Origin: an uncultured Gammaproteobacteria bacterium
GTDB taxonomy: Bacteria > Patescibacteriota > Microgenomatia > Levybacterales > UBA12049
Reading direction: 5' to 3'
Assembly (NCBI GenBank): GCA_964637955.1
Contig: CAZWXQ010000003.1
Span: 31,154 to 95,153, forward strand
Length of the DNA stretch: 64,000 nt
Within the stretch, counting starts at the first letter, position 1; every line of letters begins with the position of its first letter. Positions 9,486 to 19,600 of this stretch are shown here, piece after piece. The position numbers and the translations under genes are program-made. The notes below the pieces were generated by a model, which saw only the letters and a list, made by a program, of their open reading frames with translations, ran no database searches and was not told the DNA's origin.

Positions 9486-10539
9486 CTGCAGGAACAAATG
9501 CTATAAACGAGTTATTTCCCTCAAAAACTATTACTGGTATTAAATAATCTTGAAGTCTGCCTTCAGAGTAGAGAGCTGGATAAACATTTTTAATTAATAT
9601 TTTTGGATCATCTCCGTTGTGACTGGCTACATAACCTTTTCCGTTTTTCAAATCATCAAATGCTTCTTGAGCAGTTTTAATTGGATAAGTTGCTGTTTCA
9701 TCTAATATATTTTGGTGAGAAAAATTAGCATCTAAAATACTTCCCATAAGTTCTCCAGCCCCAACAGTTAGTTTCATTGATGTGTTGGCGCCTTGTGGAT
9801 ATACGATGGGTAATTTATCTTTAGATTTTTGAAAGAAATAAACGTTAGCTATGTTTGAATCTACGATTCTTGAAGCTGGAGTCGTCGTACCGTTTTCAAG
9901 TTTCATAAATTCAACTTTTGTTTTTTCTTCATCAATGTCATCAGGATAAAATTCTAAAGTTTTTAAAAAATCAGTAGCTGGATCTATGGCCTGTGATTTA
10001 TTTGTAAAATTTTTCGTTTTAATATTATTTTCATATTTAAGATATGAGGAAGATAAATTAAATTCCGAGAGCTTTATATTTAATATCAAATTTTGTTCAG
10101 GTCGAGAAGGATTATTCCATTTATAGACAAAGTCTGAAATTTGCTGGGGACGAGACCGAAAACCAAGACGATCAACTTTTTTACTTGCTTTTTCAACAGC
10201 TAAAATATCAGGACCGAGCTGTTCCATTTTAAAGACTTTTTCTGATTGGTTAAATCCTGGAAGATTTCCACTAATAGTATCGATTTCATATGTAAAATCC
10301 TTCTTAATTCCATCAGGGAAATATTGTTTTGGAAGTTTTCCAAAAGTTACTGTAGGGGGTGGAGGAGAAGATGGGAGAATTAATTCTTTTACGAATAGTA
10401 AAAATTTAAGAGCGATGAATAAGATAATAATTAATCCGAGTGCAACTGCTCCCCATTTTAAACCTTTTCCAAAGTCCATCTTTACTATACTTAGCGTAGG
10501 CATATATTGAGTATAAGGTAGATTTTGACTATAATGCAA
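9460..10539 (-). CDS. Hypothetical membrane-anchored protein
   Basis: 359-aa ORF with an N-terminal TM helix and a soluble domain without recognised motifs. Confidence 0.5.
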   Translation of the reverse strand: MHYSQNLPYTQYMPTLSIVKMDFGKGLKWGAVALGLIIILFIALKFLLFVKELILPSSPPPPTVTFGKLPKQYFPDGIKKDFTYEIDTISGNLPGFNQSEKVFKMEQLGPDILAVEKASKKVDRLGFRSRPQQISDFVYKWNNPSRPEQNLILNIKLSEFNLSSSYLKYENNIKTKNFTNKSQAIDPATDFLKTLEFYPDDIDEEKTKVEFMKLENGTTTPASRIVDSNIANVYFFQKSKDKLPIVYPQGANTSMKLTVGAGELMGSILDANFSHQNILDETATYPIKTAQEAFDDLKNGKGYVASHNGDDPKILIKNVYPALYSEGRLQDYLIPVIVFEGNNSFIAFVPAVKDEWINN

Positions 10540-10575
10540 CTTAAGAAGACATATTTAGGCTTCAATTTTTAAATA

Positions 10576-11976
10576 ATGACAAGAACAAGAATCGCACCAA
10601 GCCCTACAGGTCAGGATCTTCATATCGGAAATGTCTACACGGCACTTCTTAATTATTCTTGGGCAAAAAGAAATAATGGAAAATTTATTTTGAGAATAGA
10701 AGATACTGATAGGACAAGGCTTGTTGAAGGTGCCGAAGAAACAATTAAAAATTCTCTTTTATGGTTTAATATTGCTTATGACGAAGGACCAGATGTTCCA
10801 GGACCGCATCAGCCATATAGACAATCAGAAAGATTGGAAATATATAAAAAATATGCTGAAGAACTTGTAGAAAAAGGACTTGCGTATTATTGCTTCTGTG
10901 ACTCAGAAAGACTTTCTTCAATGAGAAGTGTTCAGGAAGCTTCTGGACTTCCGACTCTTTATGACGGGTTATGTAAAAAATTCAATATTTCCGAATCCAA
11001 AGAAAAAATAAAAAATGAACCATATGTAATTAGGATGAATACCCCCAAGGATGGTAAAACAGAATTTGAAGATTTGGTAAGGGGAAAAATAGAATTTGAA
11101 AATAAATTGATTGATGATCAAATTCTTTTAAAATCGGATGGATTCCCAACATATCATCTGGCAGTTGTTGTAGACGATCATCTTATGGAAATAAGCCATG
11201 TAATTAGAGCTGAGGAGTGGATTTCCTCAACTCCAAAGCATATACTTCTTTACAAATTTTTCGGTTGGAATCTTCCTGTTTTTGCTCATGTGCCGATTCT
11301 TCGAAATCCAGATAAAAGTAAACTTTCAAAAAGAAAGAATCCAGTGTGGGTTAGTTGGTATAAAAGTGAAGGATTTTTGCCTGAAGCAGTATTAAATTTC
11401 CTAGCTCTTATGGGATGGAGTCATCCTGACCAAAAAGATAAATTTGATCTAGATGAATTTATATCACTTTTTGATCCAAGAGATTTAAAGCCAGTTGGGC
11501 CTGTTTTTGATATCACAAAACTTGAGTGGCTAAATGGACTCTATATTAGAGAAATGAATCCTGAGGAATTAAAAAGAAAACTTGAAAAGTTTTATAAAGA
11601 AGATTCAGAATTTAGTGTTATTTTCGAAAGTAAACACATTAGTTTACTTATTGGGCTAGCGCAGTCAAGAATGAAAAAACTTTCAGAATTTAAAGACTTG
11701 GTTAATGCCCCTCAAAAGCAAAGAGAGTTTTCTCAGGAGGAAAAAACGGCTGGAGAAAATTTATTAAAAATGCTTGATGAAATTAAACCTTCTGATTGGA
11801 GAGAAGAGATGATCTTAAACCGATTAAAAAATTTTAGAGATCAAGAAGGAGTTTCTATGAAATTAATTTATTTTCTGATCACCGGCAAGGAGCAAGGCCT
11901 ACCATTAATTGAAACTATGATTAAAATTGAGGGTCGTGATCAAATACTCCAAAATTTAAAAAATCGAATTCAATAA
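10576..11976 (+). CDS. gltX: Glutamyl-tRNA synthetase
   Basis: HIGH motif (PSPTGQDLHIGN) and KMSKS-type motif (KLSKRK). Confidence 0.9.
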   Translation: MTRTRIAPSPTGQDLHIGNVYTALLNYSWAKRNNGKFILRIEDTDRTRLVEGAEETIKNSLLWFNIAYDEGPDVPGPHQPYRQSERLEIYKKYAEELVEKGLAYYCFCDSERLSSMRSVQEASGLPTLYDGLCKKFNISESKEKIKNEPYVIRMNTPKDGKTEFEDLVRGKIEFENKLIDDQILLKSDGFPTYHLAVVVDDHLMEISHVIRAEEWISSTPKHILLYKFFGWNLPVFAHVPILRNPDKSKLSKRKNPVWVSWYKSEGFLPEAVLNFLALMGWSHPDQKDKFDLDEFISLFDPRDLKPVGPVFDITKLEWLNGLYIREMNPEELKRKLEKFYKEDSEFSVIFESKHISLLIGLAQSRMKKLSEFKDLVNAPQKQREFSQEEKTAGENLLKMLDEIKPSDWREEMILNRLKNFRDQEGVSMKLIYFLITGKEQGLPLIETMIKIEGRDQILQNLKNRIQ

Positions 11977-12033
11977 TTTTGTTGCTTTAATATTGATTTT
12001 ATTATTACAATAATACTTATCAGCATTTAATAA

Positions 12034-12402
12034 ATGGAAGTAAATACAAACTTATTAAAATCTTTTGGCTTTGCAATCGAAGGCATAAAGCTTGCATATA
12101 AATATAATAGAAATATCAGGATTCACACTGTTCTTGGGATAATAGCACTTATCCTTTGTTTCTTGCTCAAGCTCAATGGATTTGAAATCGGAATAATCTT
12201 AATAACAATTCTTTTAGTAATTGCTGCAGAGATGATAAATACGGCGATTGAAGAAATGGTGGACTTAATTACCCAAGAACATAGAGAGCAGGCTAAAATC
12301 GCAAAAGATGTTTCTGCAGGGATGGTGCTTGTTTGCGCAATAGGATCACTTATTATCGGAGTAGTTATTTTTATTCCCCATATTTTAGCTTTACTTTCTT
12401 AA
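12034..12402 (+). CDS. dgkA: Diacylglycerol kinase (DgkA-like) small membrane protein
   Basis: 122 aa with 3 TM segments and an EMINTAIEEMVD motif typical of DgkA. Confidence 0.65.
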   Translation: MEVNTNLLKSFGFAIEGIKLAYKYNRNIRIHTVLGIIALILCFLLKLNGFEIGIILITILLVIAAEMINTAIEEMVDLITQEHREQAKIAKDVSAGMVLVCAIGSLIIGVVIFIPHILALLS

Positions 12403-12444
12403 AATCCTCTTTACTATTAATTTAATTCCTGATTAGCTATTAGT

Positions 12445-13176
12445 GTGAGCAAAAAAAAATCTAGCAAGCAAATAAATAGCACTAAAATAAATCGTAAAAA
12501 ATTAATTTGGTTTTTTGGTTTTGTAATTGTTGCAGCCGGGATTTTTTTACATTTAAATAAACTCCAATCAGCATCGTGTGCAAATTCAATTAGTTGCGTA
12601 AATGAACTTTCAGGTAAATATGATTCATCCAAAAATACTGGGGAGTTTATGAATAAAATTGTAAAAATTCCTGATCAAGCTGTAGAAAATACGTTAACCA
12701 AAAATGTATTAGGTGATACTACTTATAACTCTAATAAGCATATTTATGTCGACTTAACGAATCAAAAGCTATACGCAAAAGAAGGAGACAAGACTGTTTA
12801 TGAATTTTTAATTTCATCTGGAAAATGGCAAAAAACACCAACTGGCGATTTTAATATTTGGATAAAGGTAAATTCCACGCGAATGAAGGGTGGAAGTCGA
12901 GAGCTGGGAACGTATTATGATCTTCCAAATGTCCAATGGACTATGTTTTTCTATAATGCAAATATTCCAAAGTCTCGTGGATATGGAATTCATGGAGCAT
13001 ATTGGCATAACAATTTTGGTCATCCCATGAGTCATGGATGTATTAACATGAGAACAGAAGAGGCAAAGCTTATTTATGATTGGGCAGATCCTGCTCCAAC
13101 GGGATATTCTACTTTAGTAACTCCTCAAAATCCAGGAACTCCAATCACTATATATGGTAAAGCAGCAAATTACTGA
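12445..13176 (+). CDS. L,D-transpeptidase (YkuD domain)
   Basis: N-terminal TM and the catalytic motif H-x-SHGCINM near the C-terminus. Confidence 0.8.
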   Translation: MSKKKSSKQINSTKINRKKLIWFFGFVIVAAGIFLHLNKLQSASCANSISCVNELSGKYDSSKNTGEFMNKIVKIPDQAVENTLTKNVLGDTTYNSNKHIYVDLTNQKLYAKEGDKTVYEFLISSGKWQKTPTGDFNIWIKVNSTRMKGGSRELGTYYDLPNVQWTMFFYNANIPKSRGYGIHGAYWHNNFGHPMSHGCINMRTEEAKLIYDWADPAPTGYSTLVTPQNPGTPITIYGKAANY

Positions 13177-14230
13177 TAAAAAAATATTCTTAATCCTTTT
13201 CACTTCATTAGTTTTGATAGCGGGCTTAATCCTAATCTCTTATATTTACAAAAGTAATTTATTTATAAATACTTCGATTGCGATTCTTAAAAATTCTAAA
13301 GATGTACCAAGAGATAATCAAAACCTTGGTTTGAATATTTTTTCAAAAGATGAAAAACCTCTGAAAATAGATGAAGATATTACTTTAATAAGCACAGGTG
13401 ATATAGGGTTGGTACGCGATATAAATTATAAAATATTACAAAAAAATAATCCCAACTATCCCTTTTTAAATATCGCAGATTATCTTAAATATGCCGACTT
13501 AACTGTTATTAATCTTGAGGGACCCCTCATTAGAGATTGCCCCGTCATTCTTGATGGGTTTACTTTTTGCGGAGATGCTGAAAATGTTAAAGGGTTAGTA
13601 TTCGCAGGGATAGACGCTGCAAATCTTGCAAATAATCATACCACTAATTATGGTTTGGATGGGCTCGAGCAAACTGAGAATATTCTTGAATCAAATAAAA
13701 TAGCTGCGTTTGGATTAGAAAAAAATAAAATTAGATATATAAAAATTAAGGAAAAAAATATTGCTTTAGTAGGGTTTGTGGAATTAGGAAATAATTGGGG
13801 AGGACTTAATAACGCGACATTTGAAAATGTTACTCGCCTAAATAAGGAAGCAAAGGAGAACGCAGATATTGTAGTTGATGCGTTTCACTGGGGAGTTGAA
13901 TATACATACAAACCATCTGAGAATCAAGTTTTGATTGGGCATGCTGCAATTGATAGTGGAGCAGATATAGTTTTAGGAAATCATCCGCACTGGATTCAGC
14001 CAATTGAGATGTATAAAAATAAATATATTATTTACGCACAAGGAAATACCATTTTTGATCAAGATTGGTCGCAGGAAACTCGTGAAGGCGTACTATATAA
14101 ATTTATTTATAAAAATGGAGTTTTTGAAAAAGTGGATGAGAAATATACAATTGTTGAAAATAATTCTCAGCCTAGATTTGCAACTGATGAAGAATCGAAA
14201 TTAATTAAGAAGAAAGTTTCAGGGAATTAA
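13154..14230 (+). CDS. CapA/PgsA-like metallophosphatase (poly-gamma-glutamate synthesis family)
   Basis: ANNHTTNYG and GNHPHWIQ motifs characteristic of the CapA family; N-terminal TM. Confidence 0.7.
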   Translation: MVKQQITDKKIFLILFTSLVLIAGLILISYIYKSNLFINTSIAILKNSKDVPRDNQNLGLNIFSKDEKPLKIDEDITLISTGDIGLVRDINYKILQKNNPNYPFLNIADYLKYADLTVINLEGPLIRDCPVILDGFTFCGDAENVKGLVFAGIDAANLANNHTTNYGLDGLEQTENILESNKIAAFGLEKNKIRYIKIKEKNIALVGFVELGNNWGGLNNATFENVTRLNKEAKENADIVVDAFHWGVEYTYKPSENQVLIGHAAIDSGADIVLGNHPHWIQPIEMYKNKYIIYAQGNTIFDQDWSQETREGVLYKFIYKNGVFEKVDEKYTIVENNSQPRFATDEESKLIKKKVSGN

Positions 14231-14928
14231 TAACCTGCGTAGTGAATTATTTTAGCTCTTTTTTGTAATTCTGAGATTAAATTTTGAGTTCTTTCCCCAG
14301 ATTTTTGTTGTTGAAGTTGCGTTCTTGCTAGATTTCTCATTTGATCATCTGTAGTTCCTTCAGGAAAAGAGCTAGAATTTGCAGTTACAAAATCTTCAAT
14401 TTCTTTGTCAGTTACTTTGACGTCTCCTTCTGTCATTTTTTTAAGAGCGATTTGTATTCTAATTTCGTCATTAAGTTCATCTTGTGTCATTCCTTGACTT
14501 TCCATAGCTTTTTCGAGAGTAGTCCCTTGTTTCTTTAGGCTTTCAGAGATAGTTTTAATCTCGTTATCGATATCTTTTTGGACTATTACTATCTTTCTAT
14601 TATCAGCTTCTTGGAGGATTAATTTTTTGGTAATAAGATTGTCTAGAACCATTTGTCCACTTTGTTTTTCTAGAGATTTAATAACTACGATTCTTGAAAT
14701 TGGCTCTCCATTAACGCTTGCTGCTACAAACACACCTTTAAATATGAATGCCATTAAAAAGATTAAGATGCATGCTATTACAATTAATGCAATTCCCTTT
14801 GCAGCTCGGCTTTTTTCTGGTCCTTTAACGGACTTGGAATCAGGAATTGAAGCAGATTGGGTTACAGTTGTAGATTTAGTTGGAGTTGCTTTTGAAGAGC
14901 TACTTGATTTTTTTGCTTTTTCAGCCAT
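14227..14928 (-). CDS. SurA N-terminal domain-like membrane-anchored chaperone (no PPIase domain seen)
   Basis: K/S-rich N-terminus, one TM, then SVNGEPISRIVV...LILQEA resembling SurA_N-type domains. Confidence 0.5.
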   Translation of the reverse strand: MAEKAKKSSSSSKATPTKSTTVTQSASIPDSKSVKGPEKSRAAKGIALIVIACILIFLMAFIFKGVFVAASVNGEPISRIVVIKSLEKQSGQMVLDNLITKKLILQEADNRKIVIVQKDIDNEIKTISESLKKQGTTLEKAMESQGMTQDELNDEIRIQIALKKMTEGDVKVTDKEIEDFVTANSSSFPEGTTDDQMRNLARTQLQQQKSGERTQNLISELQKRAKIIHYAGY

Positions 14929-14991
14929 GCGCAGATTATGCTATATATTGAATTTACTTGTCAAGTATTAAAGTATTTTTAATCCTAATTT

Positions 14992-15930
14992 TTATTGAAA
15001 TATTTCCACAGCTAGGAATAAAACGTAGACTGAAATCATGATTATTCCATTTAATCTAGAAAGAAAATGATCTTTATAAGAGAATAAGAAAAATAAGCTT
15101 AGCGCTGTTGCTATAAAAATAAAAGTTGAAAAGAAATTGTTTACAGTTATAACTTGTCCATCATGCAAAAGTGTAAAAATTCCAAAAAGTAATGTACTAA
15201 CAGCAGCAGCTCCTATATAGTCACCCATTGCTAAATCTTTTTTCCCTGAAATTACAGATCGTGCTGCAAGGGTAAGTTCAGGAAGATCTGTGCCAAGAGC
15301 GATAATGATTAAGCTAATATAAAACGCAGAGATATTAAAGAAATTCGCAAAATACATGGTTTTATCTACGATTAGACTGCTAGCAATAAAAACTGCTACG
15401 AGTCCAATAATTATTTTAAGAAAGTCTTTTAATGAATAAGCTTTAACGTTTAGAAGTTGTTCATTTTCTCTATCAAAGATTCCATTTTTTCTCTGAATAA
15501 CAAAGAGTAATACAAAATAAGAAGCAATCATAAAAATTCCTTCAAGGTTTGTTACTTTTTTATCTAAAGTTAAAAGAGCTGGGGTAAGAATTACTATCAT
15601 GGTGAGGAGAAGTTGTTTATTCGAAAGTTCATGTTTTAAATTAATTCCATTTCCAAAAATTGCGAGGAGGGGAATAATTACTAAGAACAGCACTATTATT
15701 CCTCCAAGTAAATTTCCTACGTATATTTGAGCATCATGATCTGCTACGGCTTGAAGCCCAACTGAAAATTCGGGAGTTGAAGTAAGAATTCCCAAGAAAA
15801 CAAATGAAAATGCAAATGCAGAAAGTTTTAATTTTTTGGAGAATTTACTAGCGGAATTTATAATGAGTCCTGATCCTAGCCAAATGAGAATAAACGCGAC
15901 TATATAAATCAAGAGATTAATAAATAGCAT
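14992..15930 (-). CDS. Sodium/calcium exchanger family membrane protein (CaCA/YrbG-like)
   Basis: Polytopic protein with two alpha-repeat-like GNLLGG / GTDLPEL regions. Confidence 0.65.
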   Translation of the reverse strand: MLFINLLIYIVAFILIWLGSGLIINSASKFSKKLKLSAFAFSFVFLGILTSTPEFSVGLQAVADHDAQIYVGNLLGGIIVLFLVIIPLLAIFGNGINLKHELSNKQLLLTMIVILTPALLTLDKKVTNLEGIFMIASYFVLLFVIQRKNGIFDRENEQLLNVKAYSLKDFLKIIIGLVAVFIASSLIVDKTMYFANFFNISAFYISLIIIALGTDLPELTLAARSVISGKKDLAMGDYIGAAAVSTLLFGIFTLLHDGQVITVNNFFSTFIFIATALSLFFLFSYKDHFLSRLNGIIMISVYVLFLAVEIFQ

Positions 15931-15981
15931 CTAGATTCAGTATATATGTTTAGAATAAACTGGGCAATATTTGATGAGGCA

Positions 15982-16614
15982 TTAGCTTAAGTTTTTAATT
16001 ATTTTTAAAATTTCTTCAGGTTTATCAATTAAGTAATCGGGATTATTTTTTTCTAAACCTTCTTTTGAATTAAATCCCCATGAAACTGAAATTATTTTTA
16101 CTTCTGCTTTTTGACATCCATGAATATCTCTAATTTCATCACCCACATATATTATATTTTCTTTTTGGACATTTTGACTTTTTACAAACTTGTTTATAGT
16201 TCTGTCCTTTCCAAAAAGAGAAGCATTGTCGTAGATGTAATCGAATACACTTATGTTATTTATTTCTAAAAATTCCAAAACGTTTTCTCTTGCATTTGAG
16301 GTTAAGATTCCTAGCTTAAATCCCATTTTTTTTAATTCATTTAATACTTCAGGGATATTTTTAAAGGGTTTTATTTCCAGCATTTTTTCTTTTTGAAGTT
16401 TTTTCATGTCATGAGCAATAAATGGAATTTTATAAATTGGAATTTTTAATTTTCTTAAAACATTTATTGCACCTTCAGATCGAAATTCGTTTATTTCATT
16501 TGGGGGAACTTTGTTTAAGTGGTACTTGTCAGAGAGTACGCCTACTATTTCTAGAAAGTGATCAAATGAATCAGCTATGGTCCCGTCAAAATCAAAAAGA
16601 ATAACTTTAATCAC
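15982..16614 (-). CDS. HAD-superfamily hydrolase (phosphoglycolate phosphatase-like)
   Basis: Motif I ILFDFDGTIADS, motif II ILTSN, motif IV GDEIRD. Confidence 0.8.
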   Translation of the reverse strand: MIKVILFDFDGTIADSFDHFLEIVGVLSDKYHLNKVPPNEINEFRSEGAINVLRKLKIPIYKIPFIAHDMKKLQKEKMLEIKPFKNIPEVLNELKKMGFKLGILTSNARENVLEFLEINNISVFDYIYDNASLFGKDRTINKFVKSQNVQKENIIYVGDEIRDIHGCQKAEVKIISVSWGFNSKEGLEKNNPDYLIDKPEEILKIIKNLS

Positions 16615-16650
16615 TAATTTATATTATACAAATAATTGAATTTAAAATAG

Positions 16651-19600
16651 TTATTTTTGCATTTTTGTAGGTAGAGAATGTATTCTTACTTGAGAAGGTT
16701 CACTGCTGAGAAAATTCATCATTGAGCTTAAATCTAGGTTTTCTTGATTCATCATTGTTTGCATTAATGAATTTAAGATTTCTTGATCAACAGTTCCAGA
16801 TTCAAAAAGGGCCATTTCAGCTAATTGAATATCTTCTTTAGTTAAGTATCTGATGAAATCGCCTCTTGCTAATAAGCCTCTTAAAACAGCAGAAAGATAA
16901 TTACTCTCATGATGATCTTGTCCCAAACTATCCGTCATATTTTTTATTAAGACAGTTTTAATATCTTTTTCGTCACCTTCTAAAGCAGCTTGGAGTGTGA
17001 TTGCTAGAATTCGTCCTAATTCAGCTTTTTCTTCAGAAGTAGGTGACTCCAGATTAACAGCACCAAAATCATAATGAGTTACGAGAAAATCACCTTTCCT
17101 TAAAGTATTATCACCAATTTGTAAATCTTCTTCTACTCGTAAAATATTAAAATTATCGCCATGTCTGTCGTGATCAAAATGCTTGCCGGATAATGTCATC
17201 ATATCTTCAGTTGCTTGTAAGGCTATGCCAAGTGCCTTGAGTTCTTCCGGTGTAGCAGTTTGGCTAAATTTATTAAAGGGTGTTCCTTTTGCAATGCTCG
17301 CAACTTTATATGCTTGGACTTCATCACCATGTGAAGTTTGCTTTCTGACTATGCCGTGATCTATCCAGTCAACTGTTTGAAAAGCTATTGTGTGTTCACC
17401 TGTGCGAACGGTTAAACCATCATATTGAGCATGCATAAATTCAGCTTGTTTTTTGCCGGTATCATAATCTGTTTCAAGTTTTGAAGATGCACTTGCTTGG
17501 TCTAGAACATGATTCATTGCTTGAATAGTAGTGGAGTTGAATGTATCGCCGGCAGCCTCACGCCTTTTTATAAATGTATCAAGAGAATCTTGAATATGTT
17601 TAAATTCATTTTGAGCAAAAGTGTAAACATGATTGCGAAGTAGCGTTACTGCTACTTCATCTAATTCATTAAGAGGATGAGTTAGTTTTGCCCGAACAGT
17701 AAATTGATATGCACCGGCTCCTAGAGTTTTCCCAACATGCGCAATTCCATCAAGCGTTATATTATCAGCACCGTTTATAGGAGGAATTGAGGCCTCCATA
17801 CTGTCAAATACTTGTAATCTAGTTGGCCAATTTGCTTCTCCTTTGACTCCTTCCATGCCGTTTCTGATAGGTTCCGGGGTATCTGGATAGCTATGGATTG
17901 CTTGCGCTAGTTTTACACCTGCAGGACCCATATTTTTTAGGGTTAATGCGATCGCTTTTCCGATTATAGTCTCATCGCGTTCTTCTACTTCTCCAAGTGT
18001 GTGTGCACTAACCATAAGGCCTGAAAGAAGTAGGCGTTGTTCAGCTTCTGATGAGTCTTTAATGTAAGACATTACTAAATCTCTTCCAAAAGTTGTATAT
18101 CTGTTGAAAGTGCTATTTAAATCTTCATGTTCGTTAAATGGAAGTGTTTTATTTATAACGAAGTCTACAAGCTGCTCATATTCACCTTCATCTCTATTGC
18201 TTCTTCGCACGACATTCGTAGGAAATGCTAAAAGGTTCATGTAATATGCACGACTCTCAAGGCTGGAATTCCAAAAATTATCATATGCTGAGCGCAGTCT
18301 TCCTTTCATTTCCGCTCTTTTTTGTGGGTCTTTAAAATTTATATCTTTAGTTGCATAGGCTGCGACATTATCTAAAGGATTTTCCATGAATGCAGTTATC
18401 CATCCTGGGCTGTCGAAGCTATGTCCATATCTTTCCATATCTAAGCGTGCTTTCTCAAGACGTTTATCAATTAAATCTATATAATCATCCATTTCTTGTT
18501 CAGTTAATTTTCCTGTAAGTAAATCAATTGTTTTGAGTCTTGTGCCTTCATCTTGAACGACAAAATCAAGTCCAAACTCCGCCAATGGTCCTTTTGCTCC
18601 TTCGCTACCCTTCAGAAGGCGAGTTTTACCTACTTGTTGACTGTGTTCAAAAATGTGATGAGTAAGTGCGCTTTGCGTTTCTAATGCTTCAGCAAGTTCC
18701 TGTAGCATTGCTTCATGCAGAAGTCCACTTTGATTAGTTTTTTCTATTACTTCATCCACAATTGAAGTTATATTTGTATAATAAGATTCAAGTTCAGGAT
18801 GAAGTGCCATTTCACTAAATGCTTTTGTAGTGTCTATGCCATGTTCTCTGCGGATAGATTCTCCCCAGCCTCTTACCAAAGCTTTTCGTAGCTCAGGTGA
18901 TTGGACAGAGCAGTCATATAAAATAGTTTCGGTAAAATTTCTAAGTAATTTAGAATCGACGTGATCACCTTGTAATGCTTTTAGCTGACCTATAATTAGG
19001 CTGTCATACCCATTATCCCAGCGCTTACTGGGATGTCTTTGAAAAAATCCATGCTTTTCATAAATCGCATATGATTTTGCTATTTGTAAGGGCTCAAGGT
19101 TTTGGGAAGTTAAATCGATCTCTACGTTTCGGAGGAACTGTTGCTCAAGGAGTTCAGTTATTTCCGCTTTGAATGAATCACCTGTTTCGAACGTTCCTTT
19201 GCCAACTTTTGATTGGACGGTCTTAAGGCATTCTTCAAATGCTTCAGGCGATAGGGAAGAGGAGTTATTTTCCAAGAACTGAAATACTTCATTTCGCGCA
19301 TGTAAGAGAAGAAATCTACTAGCCCATTCTTCCGGTCCTGGAGTTTTTTTGTAATCATATTCTCGGATAATTGTTGGATGCAATTTTCTTAAAGCAATAA
19401 GTCTTTGCGTAAGCTCATCTTCTGACTTGGAAAATCCATCAGCTCCAATAAATTTAAAATAAATTTGTGGATCTAAAGCAATTGGAGGAATTATGTCTTC
19501 TCCGTTTGGTTTTCTAATCTCTAAAACGACAGCTCTATCTAGAAGAGACAAAGCTTCTTCTTTTTCAAAAAGAATATTATCTTCATCACTAGAAAATCCC

